From Trichosphaerium sp. ATCC 40318 (Eukaryota > Protista > Tubulinea): a DNA stretch of 64,000 nt. Below, piece after piece: positions 26,294 through 38,000 of the stretch. The notes under the pieces are model-generated. The model saw nothing but the letters and a program-made list of their open reading frames with translations, was not told the origin of the DNA and ran no database searches. The position numbers and the translations under genes are program-made. The stretch covers positions 1 through 64,000 of the forward strand of contig JALMLS010000231.1 of assembly GCA_038496445.1 (NCBI GenBank). Direction: 5' to 3'. How positions within the stretch are numbered: the stretch's first letter is position 1; every line of letters begins with the position of its first letter.

Positions 26294-27589
26294 ATGTCTC
26301 AAATACGCTTATCAAAATACAGTCAGCAATTCCACCTAAACCGAATGCTTCAAGCAAACTCGCTCGCTTCTTTATCGCCCTTACAGTGCTATCCGAGAAG
26401 TTTACCGTGTAGTTTACCGCAAAGCCCGCAGCAACAGCCCCAAAGCCCGCAACAGCGATCCCCGCAACGCCAAACGAGTGAACAATCGCCGCAACAGCAG
26501 CCCGAACAAAGTCTCCAACTCCAAAGATGTCTTCAATCACCGCACTCCCAGTCCCTGCAATCCTCGACGCCCTCTCAGGCCCAGCAGTCCTTGCGAAAGC
26601 CTATGCGACGCATTCGTAGCCCCGGACAATCACCGCTCGAACACAAGTGCGAACCAACGTCTCTCTCCCATTTCTCTCGCATGCCCTACTATAATAACCC
26701 CGATAAACGAGAAAATTATAAGCCAGAGAAGCAGTGGGGGTTTGGTAGCTCCTGTTTTGTCGCAGGATCCTCACCGCAAGTTGTTGTCGCCCCAGCGATC
26801 ATCACAAGAAAAGCAGCAACCACAGCGTGAACGTTTCTCGTACTACATAAGCGACGACTGTGAAATCAAATCACCTTTCAAGAATACATTCACTTTCGAC
26901 TCGTGGCTTGATGGCACTCGTCAGAATGGTTTGATCATTGACACCTTCACTGCACGTGTACCAATGGGTCAGATGCACCTCAGTGACGGTGGAGTTAGAC
27001 TATTAACAGTCCCTAACGTACGTTACAGCATTTTCCACAACTCGCTTTTTTTTTTCACGAAATCAAACTATTTTTGGAAATTCCTGAGATTTGGTTTTTT
27101 TTCGTCTCTGCTTGTACATGAACAAATATTAATGTTGTATTTTAGGCTGGTGGTACATCTGTTTACTCAGAGGCAATGTCATTTGAAGTTTTAAAGGCTC
27201 TCTACCAAGCTGAATTAGACCAAACTGAAATGGAAATTGAGTATTGCTGCCAATCTAAGATTACGGATTACTCAATAACCATTGGTGAACAGAAAATCGG
27301 GGTTTCTGTCACTCGTGCTATGCACTACGGTGAAGGCCGTTTCGACGAAGAGGAGGCTCGTAGGCTTCTCAAGAAAAAGTTGTACGGTATCATCGAGTCA
27401 ACTGAAAATGTCCTAAAAAAGGATAAATGGGAAAAGCAGATTTTGCACATCTGGGCTGAGGATATGTACATGGCTAAGATATGCCAGGATATATGGAATG
27501 AAATTGATGAAGAGCTTAAAAGCGATTCATTAGTTTACATTACCGTTGCTAAGAATGCTAGCTGGATCTTCTATGAACATGAGCTGTAA
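26294..27589 (+). CDS. AAC4-like protein (low-complexity N-terminus + conserved C-terminal domain)
   Basis: PN|AGGTSVYSEAMSFEVL...TEMEIEY...SKITDYSITIGEQKIGVSVTRAM...KKKLYGI...QILHIW resembles the Dictyostelium AAC4 family; first intron (26322-26412) inferred. Confidence 0.7.
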
Positions 27590-28733
27590 ATCAAAAACAA
27601 TAAATCACAAGCCCATTTTCCCAACTCTCTTTTTTGTTTTACTCCGTCACTGATAATTTAATGGAGCTCGTTATCAAATATTACATTGTCGTAAGGACAT
27701 AGACTATATTGGGCTTATATGTGTAGAAATACCGGACATTTTGTGGGAGTAAAAGCCGTAATAAAGTACTTTTCGAGAGAAAAGTTAGAAGTTAATTTCA
27801 ATTATTGTAAATTATCTTTAGGGCTATCAAGACTATTGTAGCGACTACTGAACATAAGTAAGTTGACGCGTGTACATGTGTGTTGATTAGGTTGTCGGGT
27901 AAACCAAGTACTGAACTTATTTTATTTTACGCAGAGAAAGATATTCTGAGCGCTAAATACCTAGATATCGCAATACTTGAATAATTCACAAGTATCTATC
28001 AGAACGTCTCTACGTTTGCTGGGTAACGTAAGTGAAGTATGAGAACTCTAAGAAACCATATATAGAGTTTGTATTGGAGCTTTGACTAAAACAAATATGG
28101 TATTCTCTATTTTAGTCCTTAAACTCTGAAGTACAGTAAGAAAGTTGCCACATCATCTGTAAGTGTGCTACAACAAATTCTGAAAACCGAATACGGGTTA
28201 ACCAACGACAGCAAATATAGTAAATCAAACAATGCTAATATGGAAACTTTGCGCACACTATTGAAAGCGAGCAAACAACACTAAAAAATCCCCAACCATC
28301 TTTGTACTGTAAACATAAAACAGTATGAAGTTAGAAGTTTTTCGTGTTTTTTTGACTTCTGATATTTTATACTGACGGGAAGTTTAACTTTAACCATTTT
28401 GAATATGGGTAATAGGAACAACAAAAATGAGTTGTATTCTATTTGTTTTTCGGTGGCTTTGCGTTTTTTTCCTTTCTACAACGTATTTTTGAAGTATGAC
28501 TTGTAAGTAAGTAAAACCAAAATACAATTTTCTGAACATACTAAAACTTGCTCCATACTGCGTCTTGTGTGTAACTGTGTCCGAAAAACAAATAAGTAAT
28601 ACTTCGTACAATAGGCAACAGTAGCCAGATTTTTAAGTAAACAAACTGCACCGCAGTAATTTTTATTTTTGACTATCAAACTCTACTTCCTAAAAAGCTA
28701 TCTAATTTCCTATTCAATACACATCAACAAGCA

Positions 28734-29273
28734 ATGCAACTCCTCCTCTCAACACTTCTCGCACTCTGCGTAATCGCAGTAGTAGCTCAGAGCCCATCAA
28801 ACGGGTACAAAACTGCAATCTACGAGCAAAACTGCATGTTGCAAGTCGATACTGTACCAGTTACCCTTGGCGTTGAAGGAACCAGCCTTTTCGATCTCGA
28901 AGACTCCTTTTACGTAATCAACCAACCAGATACCGGTCGTATTGCTTACTCTAGCAACCTTGTCGGTGCATTCAGCCCTCTCCCTCCATCAAACTTGATT
29001 GCTTACTCTTCAACCGCTACACAAACCTTCGTCGATAGTACCGGCATGGGAGAACCTGATATCACCGTAGACGTCAAATACAACGTCATCGCTGCTCCTG
29101 GAAACAACGCTTTCACCACTCAAGTAAACACAATCAACTCTGATACCTGTGTTGCGTGCTGGAACAAGCAACTCAGAGGAAGAAAGTGCAGAAACGCTTA
29201 TGATGCTATTGCAGCCATTGTTGCTTCTACTTCTTCTCCAGTCACCTTGCGCCCAAGACACGTATACTGTTAA
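28734..29273 (+). CDS. Intronless secreted protein, 179 aa, unknown family
   Basis: Signal peptide MQLLLSTLLALCVIAVVA|Q; strongly C/T-ending codon usage; AATAAA just after the stop. Confidence 0.85.
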   Translation: MQLLLSTLLALCVIAVVAQSPSNGYKTAIYEQNCMLQVDTVPVTLGVEGTSLFDLEDSFYVINQPDTGRIAYSSNLVGAFSPLPPSNLIAYSSTATQTFVDSTGMGEPDITVDVKYNVIAAPGNNAFTTQVNTINSDTCVACWNKQLRGRKCRNAYDAIAAIVASTSSPVTLRPRHVYC

Positions 29274-29903
29274 CTGGATTACTCTAATAAATCGCGCACA
29301 GCGCTAATTTATAGTCATTTGCATAACCTTTTTTTGGTCTACTTCCGCTTTTGGCTTTTTACGCTTCTATGAGGAGCACACGTCATAGCTGGCTCCACCA
29401 TTATTGCCTCAATGTTGACAGTTGTAATTTTTTTTTAAAGTCACTCATACCTAGTAAGGATCTTCGGTAGACTTTCTTGTTCGTAGTCGCTTTGGTTGTC
29501 GTCAAGATTCTGATTTTTAAAAACAACTTGTCTTTTGTTTTAAAAAGCGAGCAATAAAATACAAACATTTAAACTGGATACTATCCTATTGGTGTATGGG
29601 TGCGAAAGATCGGTTTCGTTCGAAAGGCGCACACGTGGGAACTTTGCGTCAACAGAACAAATTACGTAAACTGCCTCTTCACAATATGATGAGTCATTTG
29701 CCCAAACTCGCCTCTTGTACAGTATTTTTCAGATGATAACCGCGAATCAATGAAGATTCTAAATAACCCGTTCAGATGAGTGTTACGCAAGGAAATTCTA
29801 AAACTGTTCACTGAAATTTACTATTTTCTGCTTGCCTTCAGAAGATTTATTGTACCATAATACCTCAATAAACAACAACAACACAACACCTCATAATCAC
29901 ACA

Positions 29904-30185
29904 ATGCGCATCACTGGTAAAAGATACGGCGTACGCACTAATGGCACTGTTAAATTCTGTCATCAATGCAAGGATGCTGAGAAAGACGGAAGGCATGGAC
30001 AAAGGGGTGGCGCAGGTTGTTGTATTGATCATCATAGCCGTACTACAAAATACTGTTGTCGTATGGCTTCTCATGGACGTTGTGGACTGTGCAGCCTTTC
30101 TAAAAAGAAAAAATCTAGTAAAAAACTTAAAGGAAATAAACGTGCTCAAACACGTGATTTTCAGGCAATTATGAAAGGATATTAG
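29904..30185 (+). CDS. Small basic Cys/His-rich protein (93 aa), possible Zn-binding
   Basis: ATG 29904 after ACA-rich leader; CHQC, CCIDHH, YCC...HGRCGLC, Lys-rich tail; A-rich 3' flank. Confidence 0.55.
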   Translation: MRITGKRYGVRTNGTVKFCHQCKDAEKDGRHGQRGGAGCCIDHHSRTTKYCCRMASHGRCGLCSLSKKKKSSKKLKGNKRAQTRDFQAIMKGY

Positions 30186-30596
30186 GGAAGAAAATACATG
30201 TACAACAAAAAAGAAAACTGTAACAACAAAAAATAAATAAAAAAAATGTAAGAATTAGTTAAAACACAGACTTGTTGCATTATAGATTCTTCAAAGACAA
30301 TCTTATTTAGCTCCTAAACACGATCTTCTAGGATAGCGCTGGCTATGTAACCTTAAAACTTAACAGCAATTGTCTAGCGTCTTGTGAACGGTCACCGGTT
30401 GGGTTTTTGCAAATGGCTTGATGCTTGACTAGTACGCCTTAGGTTAGCGCTTTCAGCTATAATCAAACAAATGCTTCGGAGTTTCGATGGATATGCTACG
30501 GTATTGGACACTAAGCGTATCTTCAATTCGCATATGGGCTTGCATTATATAAAACATGGCAATGTAAGGTTTCTGAAGTTTATTTTGAATGGGAAA

Positions 30597-33500
30597 TTAC
30601 AACAATAAGCCTACCAAAGCTAATAGAAGGGCTAATCCAACAACTATTACATTACTAGAGCTTTGTCCATTAGTTGTCTGTGAAGAACCTGTTTGAGAGA
30701 CTCCAGATCCAGTTGTTTGTACCTATCGACGATAGTCAGAAAGCTGAAAAAAGAAAGAAAAGAGCAAAAGATGCAACTTACTCCTTGTACTTCTGCACCA
30801 ACAGCGTCGGCCAAAGAAGGATCAGAAAGACCGTCATCAATGGCAGCAACATCAGTATCAGTGACTTTATCACCAGCAACGCTAATTTCAGCACTTGTTG
30901 TGTCTTGTCTCTTTGTAGTTGCTTGCACTAGAAAGTTGGTTTGTTAGGTTTATTGCTTGGAGCATAAAAGGCAAGGGGTTTTTGATCTTACGTATTTTAA
31001 TGATAATATCTTCGAGGTCAATGTTAGGGAACTTCAATTTGAACCAAACCTTGATCTTGTTGATGAGATCAGCATCTGCCAAAACACCCTTGAAGATAAT
31101 CTTCCATTTTGGTGCTAAAGAAAAAAAGTGTTAATCTCATGTCACGCCCTTCTGATGCTCCTGTGATTGGAGTCATATTATAGCCTTACCTGGACATAAT
31201 CTTGTAGTATCGATATCTACGCATCTATCGCAAATACACCAGCGAGGTTTCTTGGTCAATTCGAACTCAACTCTATTAAACAACGCTTGTAAGTTTGGAG
31301 CTCATAGCATTTAATTGGATAGCAAAAAAGTATGATGTACCTGAAGAAACAAGCAGGGTATTGTCTTGAACGTCCACTTTCGAAGATACTTGGGAGGTTT
31401 GAGTTATCCTGGAAGAGAGAAAGTGAGTAAAACAAAGATGTGTTTTTTAACAAAAACTCTGTTTTCGTACAATCATGGCATCCACGAGAGTGTTATGGGC
31501 TGAGTTTACTGCCAATTCTACTCTTTCGTTTGGAGTATCAGAACCAAGACAAGCAACGCCAATCTTAGTATTCAACTAAACGACCAAAAAGTGAGTAGGA
31601 AGTGCGAAATGTTAAATCAAAAAGAAGAAAAAAGTATGAGCATTTCTTACCTTTCTCACACATTCAACGATTGGTATAGGTGAATCAGCTGGGTCTGGGC
31701 ATACATCTGGTTTATCACATGTATCCCCTGGAATACATCCTACGTTAGGACAGAAACTCCAAGTTCTAGGAAAACATGAGTATTGGTGGCTTCAATGAAC
31801 TTAAAAAAACATGCCTTGATGAAAAGCAAGTTTTGCATTCGTCTTCTTCCAAATTTCTTGAACAAGCAACGCCTTGTCCTGGGTCACATTGAGTACCGCG
31901 AACACATTGTCCCTTGTCAGAGTTTGCGTCGTCTTGGCACCAACTGCAAGCACCTCTGATGAGACCATCTCCGATGCTTTCGCAAATTCTTTGGTTCTCA
32001 ATCTTTTCGCAATCTAAAATACAGGTTAACACTTTTTTTTTTTAAAATTTTCTCGGTTACGTACAGCAATATTTAGGTTTGCGTGATTCAGCGTAACATC
32101 TACCATCAGTTTCACAAATGGAGCATTCTCCTGTACATTGATCACCAGATAGTTCTGAGCAAGGTGTATCCAAGCACTTTTCTGCAATGTCTTTTTTGAG
32201 GACGCACTTCAAGAAAATTAGTATTCTAAACAAGTCTTGATAAGATAAAGCGTACTGTGTCTTTACACCAATGACATCCATCAAGCTCACCACATACTCC
32301 TTCATCATCAGTTCCGCAATCTATTATGTAAATCATTGGTGACGAAAGTAACGCGGGAGCGCTATGGTCTTACCACAGAATTTTGGAATGTCATTTTCTG
32401 GGGTGTCTGCTGGAATACAGACTCCTTCACGAGCACAGTATTTGCAGGAAACATCGTTAGCGGCGCCTTTAATCTCACAAGCTTCTCCAAAGAAGTTTGT
32501 AGAAGCAAGACAGGTTGGTGGGTCAATGTTAACTAGTATACAAAGTTAGATCAAAGTAACTTTTTAAAACAGGAAAAACGTACTGAAACATCTCTCTTTT
32601 GGGAAGTCGTCTTTTGATAGACAAGTCTTTCCTTGAGGACACCATTCGCATGCTCCGAGTGCATCACATTTTTCTTCAGTAGTAGCCAAGCCAAAGCAAC
32701 CTACCAAAGATAAGTCCAACAAACAAATTGAACGTGGAAAAAAACCATGAAACGTACTGCACCCGGCAACTACATTTGGGTTGACATTGTCAAATGATTT
32801 GCAAAATGCTTCAGTTTCACACCAGAAACATCTTGATGCTCTACAATCATCTTTCTTTTCAATTTTGCCACAATCAATTGTTTGTTCTAGGACTAACTGT
32901 GAGAAATACAGATTTGTAGCAAGGTAAAAAAAAAGAAAACGTACCACATTGTCCAATATTTTCTTTGTCGAGGCATATCTTTTTGTCTGCGCACCACTCA
33001 CATCCTTTTTCTGATAATTCAGAACATTTTTCGCGTGTTGCACCTGCTACCAAGCAGTTGAATGCTATAACATACCCAGTCAGCACTCAATCAAAGAACA
33101 ATTGATTTCGCAATAAAACATGAATTAGAAAAAAGATCATACCTTCACAACCAGTTGCTGTTAATTCTTTGCATTTACCGTCGCAGAATTGACATTTCTC
33201 GTTGAGTTTACAGTCTTCTTCTGTATCAGAATCTCCACAGCAAGGACCATCGTGAACCTTCTTTAAGTCTCCAGCACCGAGAATCTTGCAGTCGCGTTTC
33301 TTTTCTAACTCGCAAATGTTGTTGTAAGTGTTACCATCAGATCCACAAACAGGTTGTATAACAGCAAGACACACTGCGTCACAAGTCTATAAAAAGGTAA
33401 GAAAAGATTGACTTTTTTTTTTTTCGAACACGTGAAAATCACGTGATAATTTTTTTAAAGATGCGTTTGCGTACATCATCTGGCTTTTCGCAATCAGCGT

Positions 33501-34446
33501 GACCCTATACCAATTGATCAGATATGAATGCATTGGGAAAAAATAAGTACCTGATTATCATTAGTGAAGCAAGCTTGTTTGTCCTCACAGTACAAGCAGT
33601 CTTGAGATTCTTTACATTCTACGTCAGTCTTTTTTGAACATACATCTGGTTGAACTTCGCACTCGGCAAGGATCTATGGTTTCTTTAGATAATAACTTTG
33701 GATGAAGGTTACGTACAGGGTCGCTGCTATCCACGCATTGTTGTTTGCTTTCACAGAATGAACACTCACGAGATTCTTTACAAGCATCCAAATCTTTCGC
33801 ACAACAAACGCTTGATGTCAAAGGGTTGTGGCAGTTGCCGTCGCACCACTTGCAGTTAGCTTGGGCTGGTTTTGTTCCAGGTTGTATTGGTGTAAGGTTT
33901 CTCTCACAAACCTTTTCGTCTGTGTGGCACTCTAAAAAGACCAGTCAATCAAACAGTTGGAACGCGAGAAAAAAACCGAAAAAACAAAAGGACAACTCCC
34001 ATAAAATGTGTGAATCACAACCCGCAATTTAGTGGCCGCAACTATCGGCTAACATCCAAGAGTTGCCAAAATAAGCATTTCAGGAAATAAAAAGGAGGTT
34101 TGGTAGTTAGTTTAGTAAGCAATAAACCGAAGAAACTAACGAACAACATACCACAGTTTCCATTCCATGTTGCCGTTACACCTGAGTTATCATCAGTTAC
34201 GCAAGTATCACCTCCTTCGCAACTCACACAACCGGATTCTTGGTTGCTACGTGTACAAAAGCCGCATTCACCGATATTTGCGAAACATTGCTCTTCGTTA
34301 AACTCGGAGCAACGGTCGGCTGAGTTTTGTTGTCCTAAATGGCCGTTATTTAATTACAAAGGTAATGACAAACTCCAACATGCTATTTTAGGCGTACCAT
34401 ATGCCACAAGACATAGGGCTAATACTAATAGAGCTACTTTTAGCAT
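30597..34446 (-). CDS. Large Cys-rich, probably GPI-anchored surface protein with many CxWC/CxFC (PSI-like) repeats and one Kazal domain, multi-exon
   Basis: Signal peptide MLKVALLVLALCLVAY; Kazal CLAVIQPVCGSDGNTYNNICEL...HDGPC; Ser/Thr spacer and hydrophobic C-terminus SNVIVVGLALLLALVGLLL*. Confidence 0.85.
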
Positions 34447-35085
34447 GTGTTGCTTTCTGTGTCGCCCAGTTTTGTTCTAACATTTTCAGAAAGGGGGAAA
34501 AAAAAAATTCACGTGATTGGAGAAATAAGGAGGTTTTGAAAAGTCCAGAACCATTTTATTCAATCTTTTTTGAACAGAAGTTATTACGACACGTCATTAG
34601 CGCTATTATGACTTTTTTTTGATGAAGCGCGCGAAGCGAACTATTCGGAGGCTTCCGGTTTACCGTGTATTTAAGTGCCACTTGCGTCAAGACGTTTTTA
34701 AGCTTGAATGGCTTTTAGGCTTCAGCGGGGTATTTTTTTCTTCGTGTTTCCTCTACCCGAGACATTCAGTGCATGTCTTGCTCATTGTATTGTGTGTACT
34801 AACGCCTAAAGGATAAAAAAGGATTACGCTCTCTATAAACCTAAAATACTTCAATAGCGATATATGGAGACAACACGTAAACGTCAATCGGTGACTAAAC
34901 ATCAAAGTACAAAAAACTCCCAATTTTATTTTAGACAATGAAATCAATATCTTCAGTGTCTTCATGAGATGTATTTTCCTAAACACAATTTTAAACAATC
35001 CAATCTTAAATTGGCTAAACTAAAGCACACGTGATTCACTATTTTTTTGAAACGGCAACACGTCCAGGATTGATAAAAACAAAAG

Positions 35086-38000
35086 TTAACGCACGTTTAT
35101 ACTTGTTGTTTCTAACGGAACTATCGCTTCTTCCCTTGTGTTGTCGTCATCTTTGCTTTCTTCAAAATCACTACCGTGGTTACCTTCTGATCCTAGCTCT
35201 ACATCGTTCGATTCACCACCAGCTATGATCGTTGTGAGATATAAAGTGAGACAGCGAGATAAACATACATAAAATCTCTGACTTTAGTTTGAAAGACGCG
35301 AGATCACTTTGATACGGCACTTGACCGTTTCCTTGGTCTTGAGGGTTTATGTGTGCTTTAGGAGCCTTCAATAGAGGATCAAGAAGAGAGTTTTCTAACT
35401 CTACTCCACCATCCTCAGGTGAAGGAGGCGGTCTTGTAGGCAAGTCAACCTGAACAAAAGGTTAATACAAGTTTGGAGAAAAAAGCGCTTTTGAGCTTGT
35501 CATTGTGAATAGAGCGTACCAATGTTCCGTAAGTTTGAATAGAGCTGTAAAGGTAGAACATATATATTACAAAAGCAACTGTGAGTACAAGTGTAGTAGT
35601 AACAATAGCACCATAAGGAAACTACAAGAAGTGAGTACTTTTGATCGGTGAAACTGTTTTTTTGTTTTTGCTCGAGATGCTCTAAAGCGTACGCTGTAAG
35701 ATGCGAATACACCAATCGACATGAGTTGGTATAGTATGAGGCCAGCATTTACACTTATGAAAATAGATGTAAAGAAATTACCACCACCTGGACAATGGTA
35801 AAATTTCAGCACGTGTTTTTTTTTTGAAGTACCTTCGTAAGGATTTCTGTCTGCCCAGATTATATTGTACTTGTGAGAGACGAACGTAAGGCAAAAGTAT
35901 AACAACGCAAATGGTAAAATGAATGGTGCAAGGGTAGCATAAATTTGGACAATGAGTAGAATTAGTGTGGTGCTCGCATAGCTAAAGGTAAAGCAGTCAA
36001 AAGCTAGAAGAAAAAAACACTCGAAAAGTTTTCAAACAACAATACGTACAAGACAGCATATTCGAAAGGTTGCGATTGCCATACTATCCTCTTGGCTCTT
36101 TTGGTCTTTGCTAAGAACTTTTCCATTACTAGAGCAATAACAAGAGGTACAGGACGCCATAATTGCATCATTGTTCCTGATAGACCAGTTGTTATAATAT
36201 AGTTGATGAAGAAAGAAGCTTGTTTTGGTAAGGATGCTGCAAGGAGGCCTACGATTGATTGAGGTTCTTCTAGAACATCATTCAGCACTATCATTATTGC
36301 TCCTGCTATCGTTGATACCAGGAGGACATTGAACACAAGGAAGCAAAGGTACTTGACTGAAGTTGATCTGAAAAGAGAGTTACGTTTTCAACCGTCTTCA
36401 TTGGAAGTGAGGTTACCTCTCAAGTTCACTTTGAGTTGGGGGTTGCTGTAGAGATGACAAGAATCTCAAAACAGGAACGAGTATTGCCATGAATATAATC
36501 AAAAGGATAACAGGTATGTAACCTTGTAAAAACGTAAACAAGTTGAAAGATAAAAAGATTGTATTTTTCTGAGGTTGACTTAACCAAAGCAAAAAAAAGC
36601 CTTCCAAGCTAATTTCAGCAGGTACCTGTAATAAAACCTTGTATAGCAGGGTTGAGAGCTTTGTCTAAAAATTTCCTACAGTGTATTATTAGATTTGAGG
36701 GTTGCAATATAAGATAAAGGGAAGACGTGCAATCCAGGTAATTTAGCAAGATTTTGTATGGTTGCAACACCTTGAATTGCAACAATAGGTATTGTATAGA
36801 AGAATATAATAGCAAATACAATAGCTAGTACAGCTAGTGTACGGAAGAATTTACTCTTGCTAGAGGCAACAAGATTTTCCCAAATGATATCTCTATTGGC
36901 GTAAAGAAAGTTAGTAACAATCAAGAGATGTACATAGAATCAGATAATTACCTCAATTCAGGTGCTTTTCCTACTAACCATGTTTTATTTATCTTTGTTT
37001 GCGCCATTTTAGATGCTTCAGATATTGTCTGTATGAGGAAAAAGAGTGAACATCAATAAAGACACGTGGGCATAAAAAAAAGTTTGCGTTTTCATTTTTT
37101 TTACCTCAAAAGTCACAAATGCAGTGCCTGTTGGACTGGAATGGTTATCTATATCTTTTAGTATATCTTTCAATGCTTCATCTTTCTTCTTTAGCTGTGA
37201 AGTAAAGTAATCTAACAAAGTCTGGTGAGCAACCAAAACATAAACTTGTTACTATATTTTTTGTTATTTGTTGTACCAATAGAATCTATTGCATCTCCAA
37301 GAACCAGTTTAGGTTTATGAGTTGGTCGTTCACCTTTGTCAGTCCATTCAGCCAAGGCCTATACGTATACTTAGTTTAAAGCGACTTAGCAGTGAAAACT
37401 AGATTACCGTTTCTAACTTGTTTACAAGTTCTTCACGTTCATGGTGAAGTTTTTTAACTTTAGGGATTATTTGAACTCTGTGTACTTCCTTGACTTGATT
37501 ATTAAAAGCAGGATTAAGATAAGCCTTGATTTTAGCGTCGTTGAACTCTTCCACATCACCATCTAGTAATTACATTAAACACGTGAAGCCCAAAATAACT
37601 TGTTTACCTTCAAGCAAGTTTGGAATATGTGAAAGTTCACTTGTTTTCTAACAGCAAAGTAAGAAGTTTTGTTGATGTTTTATTATGCGTACCTTCGCCA
37701 CAGCTTTAATTCCAGCATTTGTATACTTTGTCACAGCTCCGATACCAGGTATTATACCAGTCAATGCTTCTAAGGCATCAATAGGTATCTCTGTAATCAT
37801 AGCTGAGTAATTTTCTGCAAAGTTTGGGTTTCCAATGTACTCTAAGCGTTTAACGAGATACTGTTTGACGTGAGTTTGAATAATTGAAAGGCTGTATGCT
37901 ATTACGTACTTGATCGTAGAAGCGCTTCATTAAATACATAGTAGCAACAGTATTAAAAACAACACCTACCATCTACACGAGTAACAAAGGTAAACAAAAC

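Noticed and set aside
27700-28300. Possible exon-like fragments with GT/AG signals
   Set aside because: Stops in all frames tried and no recognisable protein; cannot support a gene or pseudogene call.
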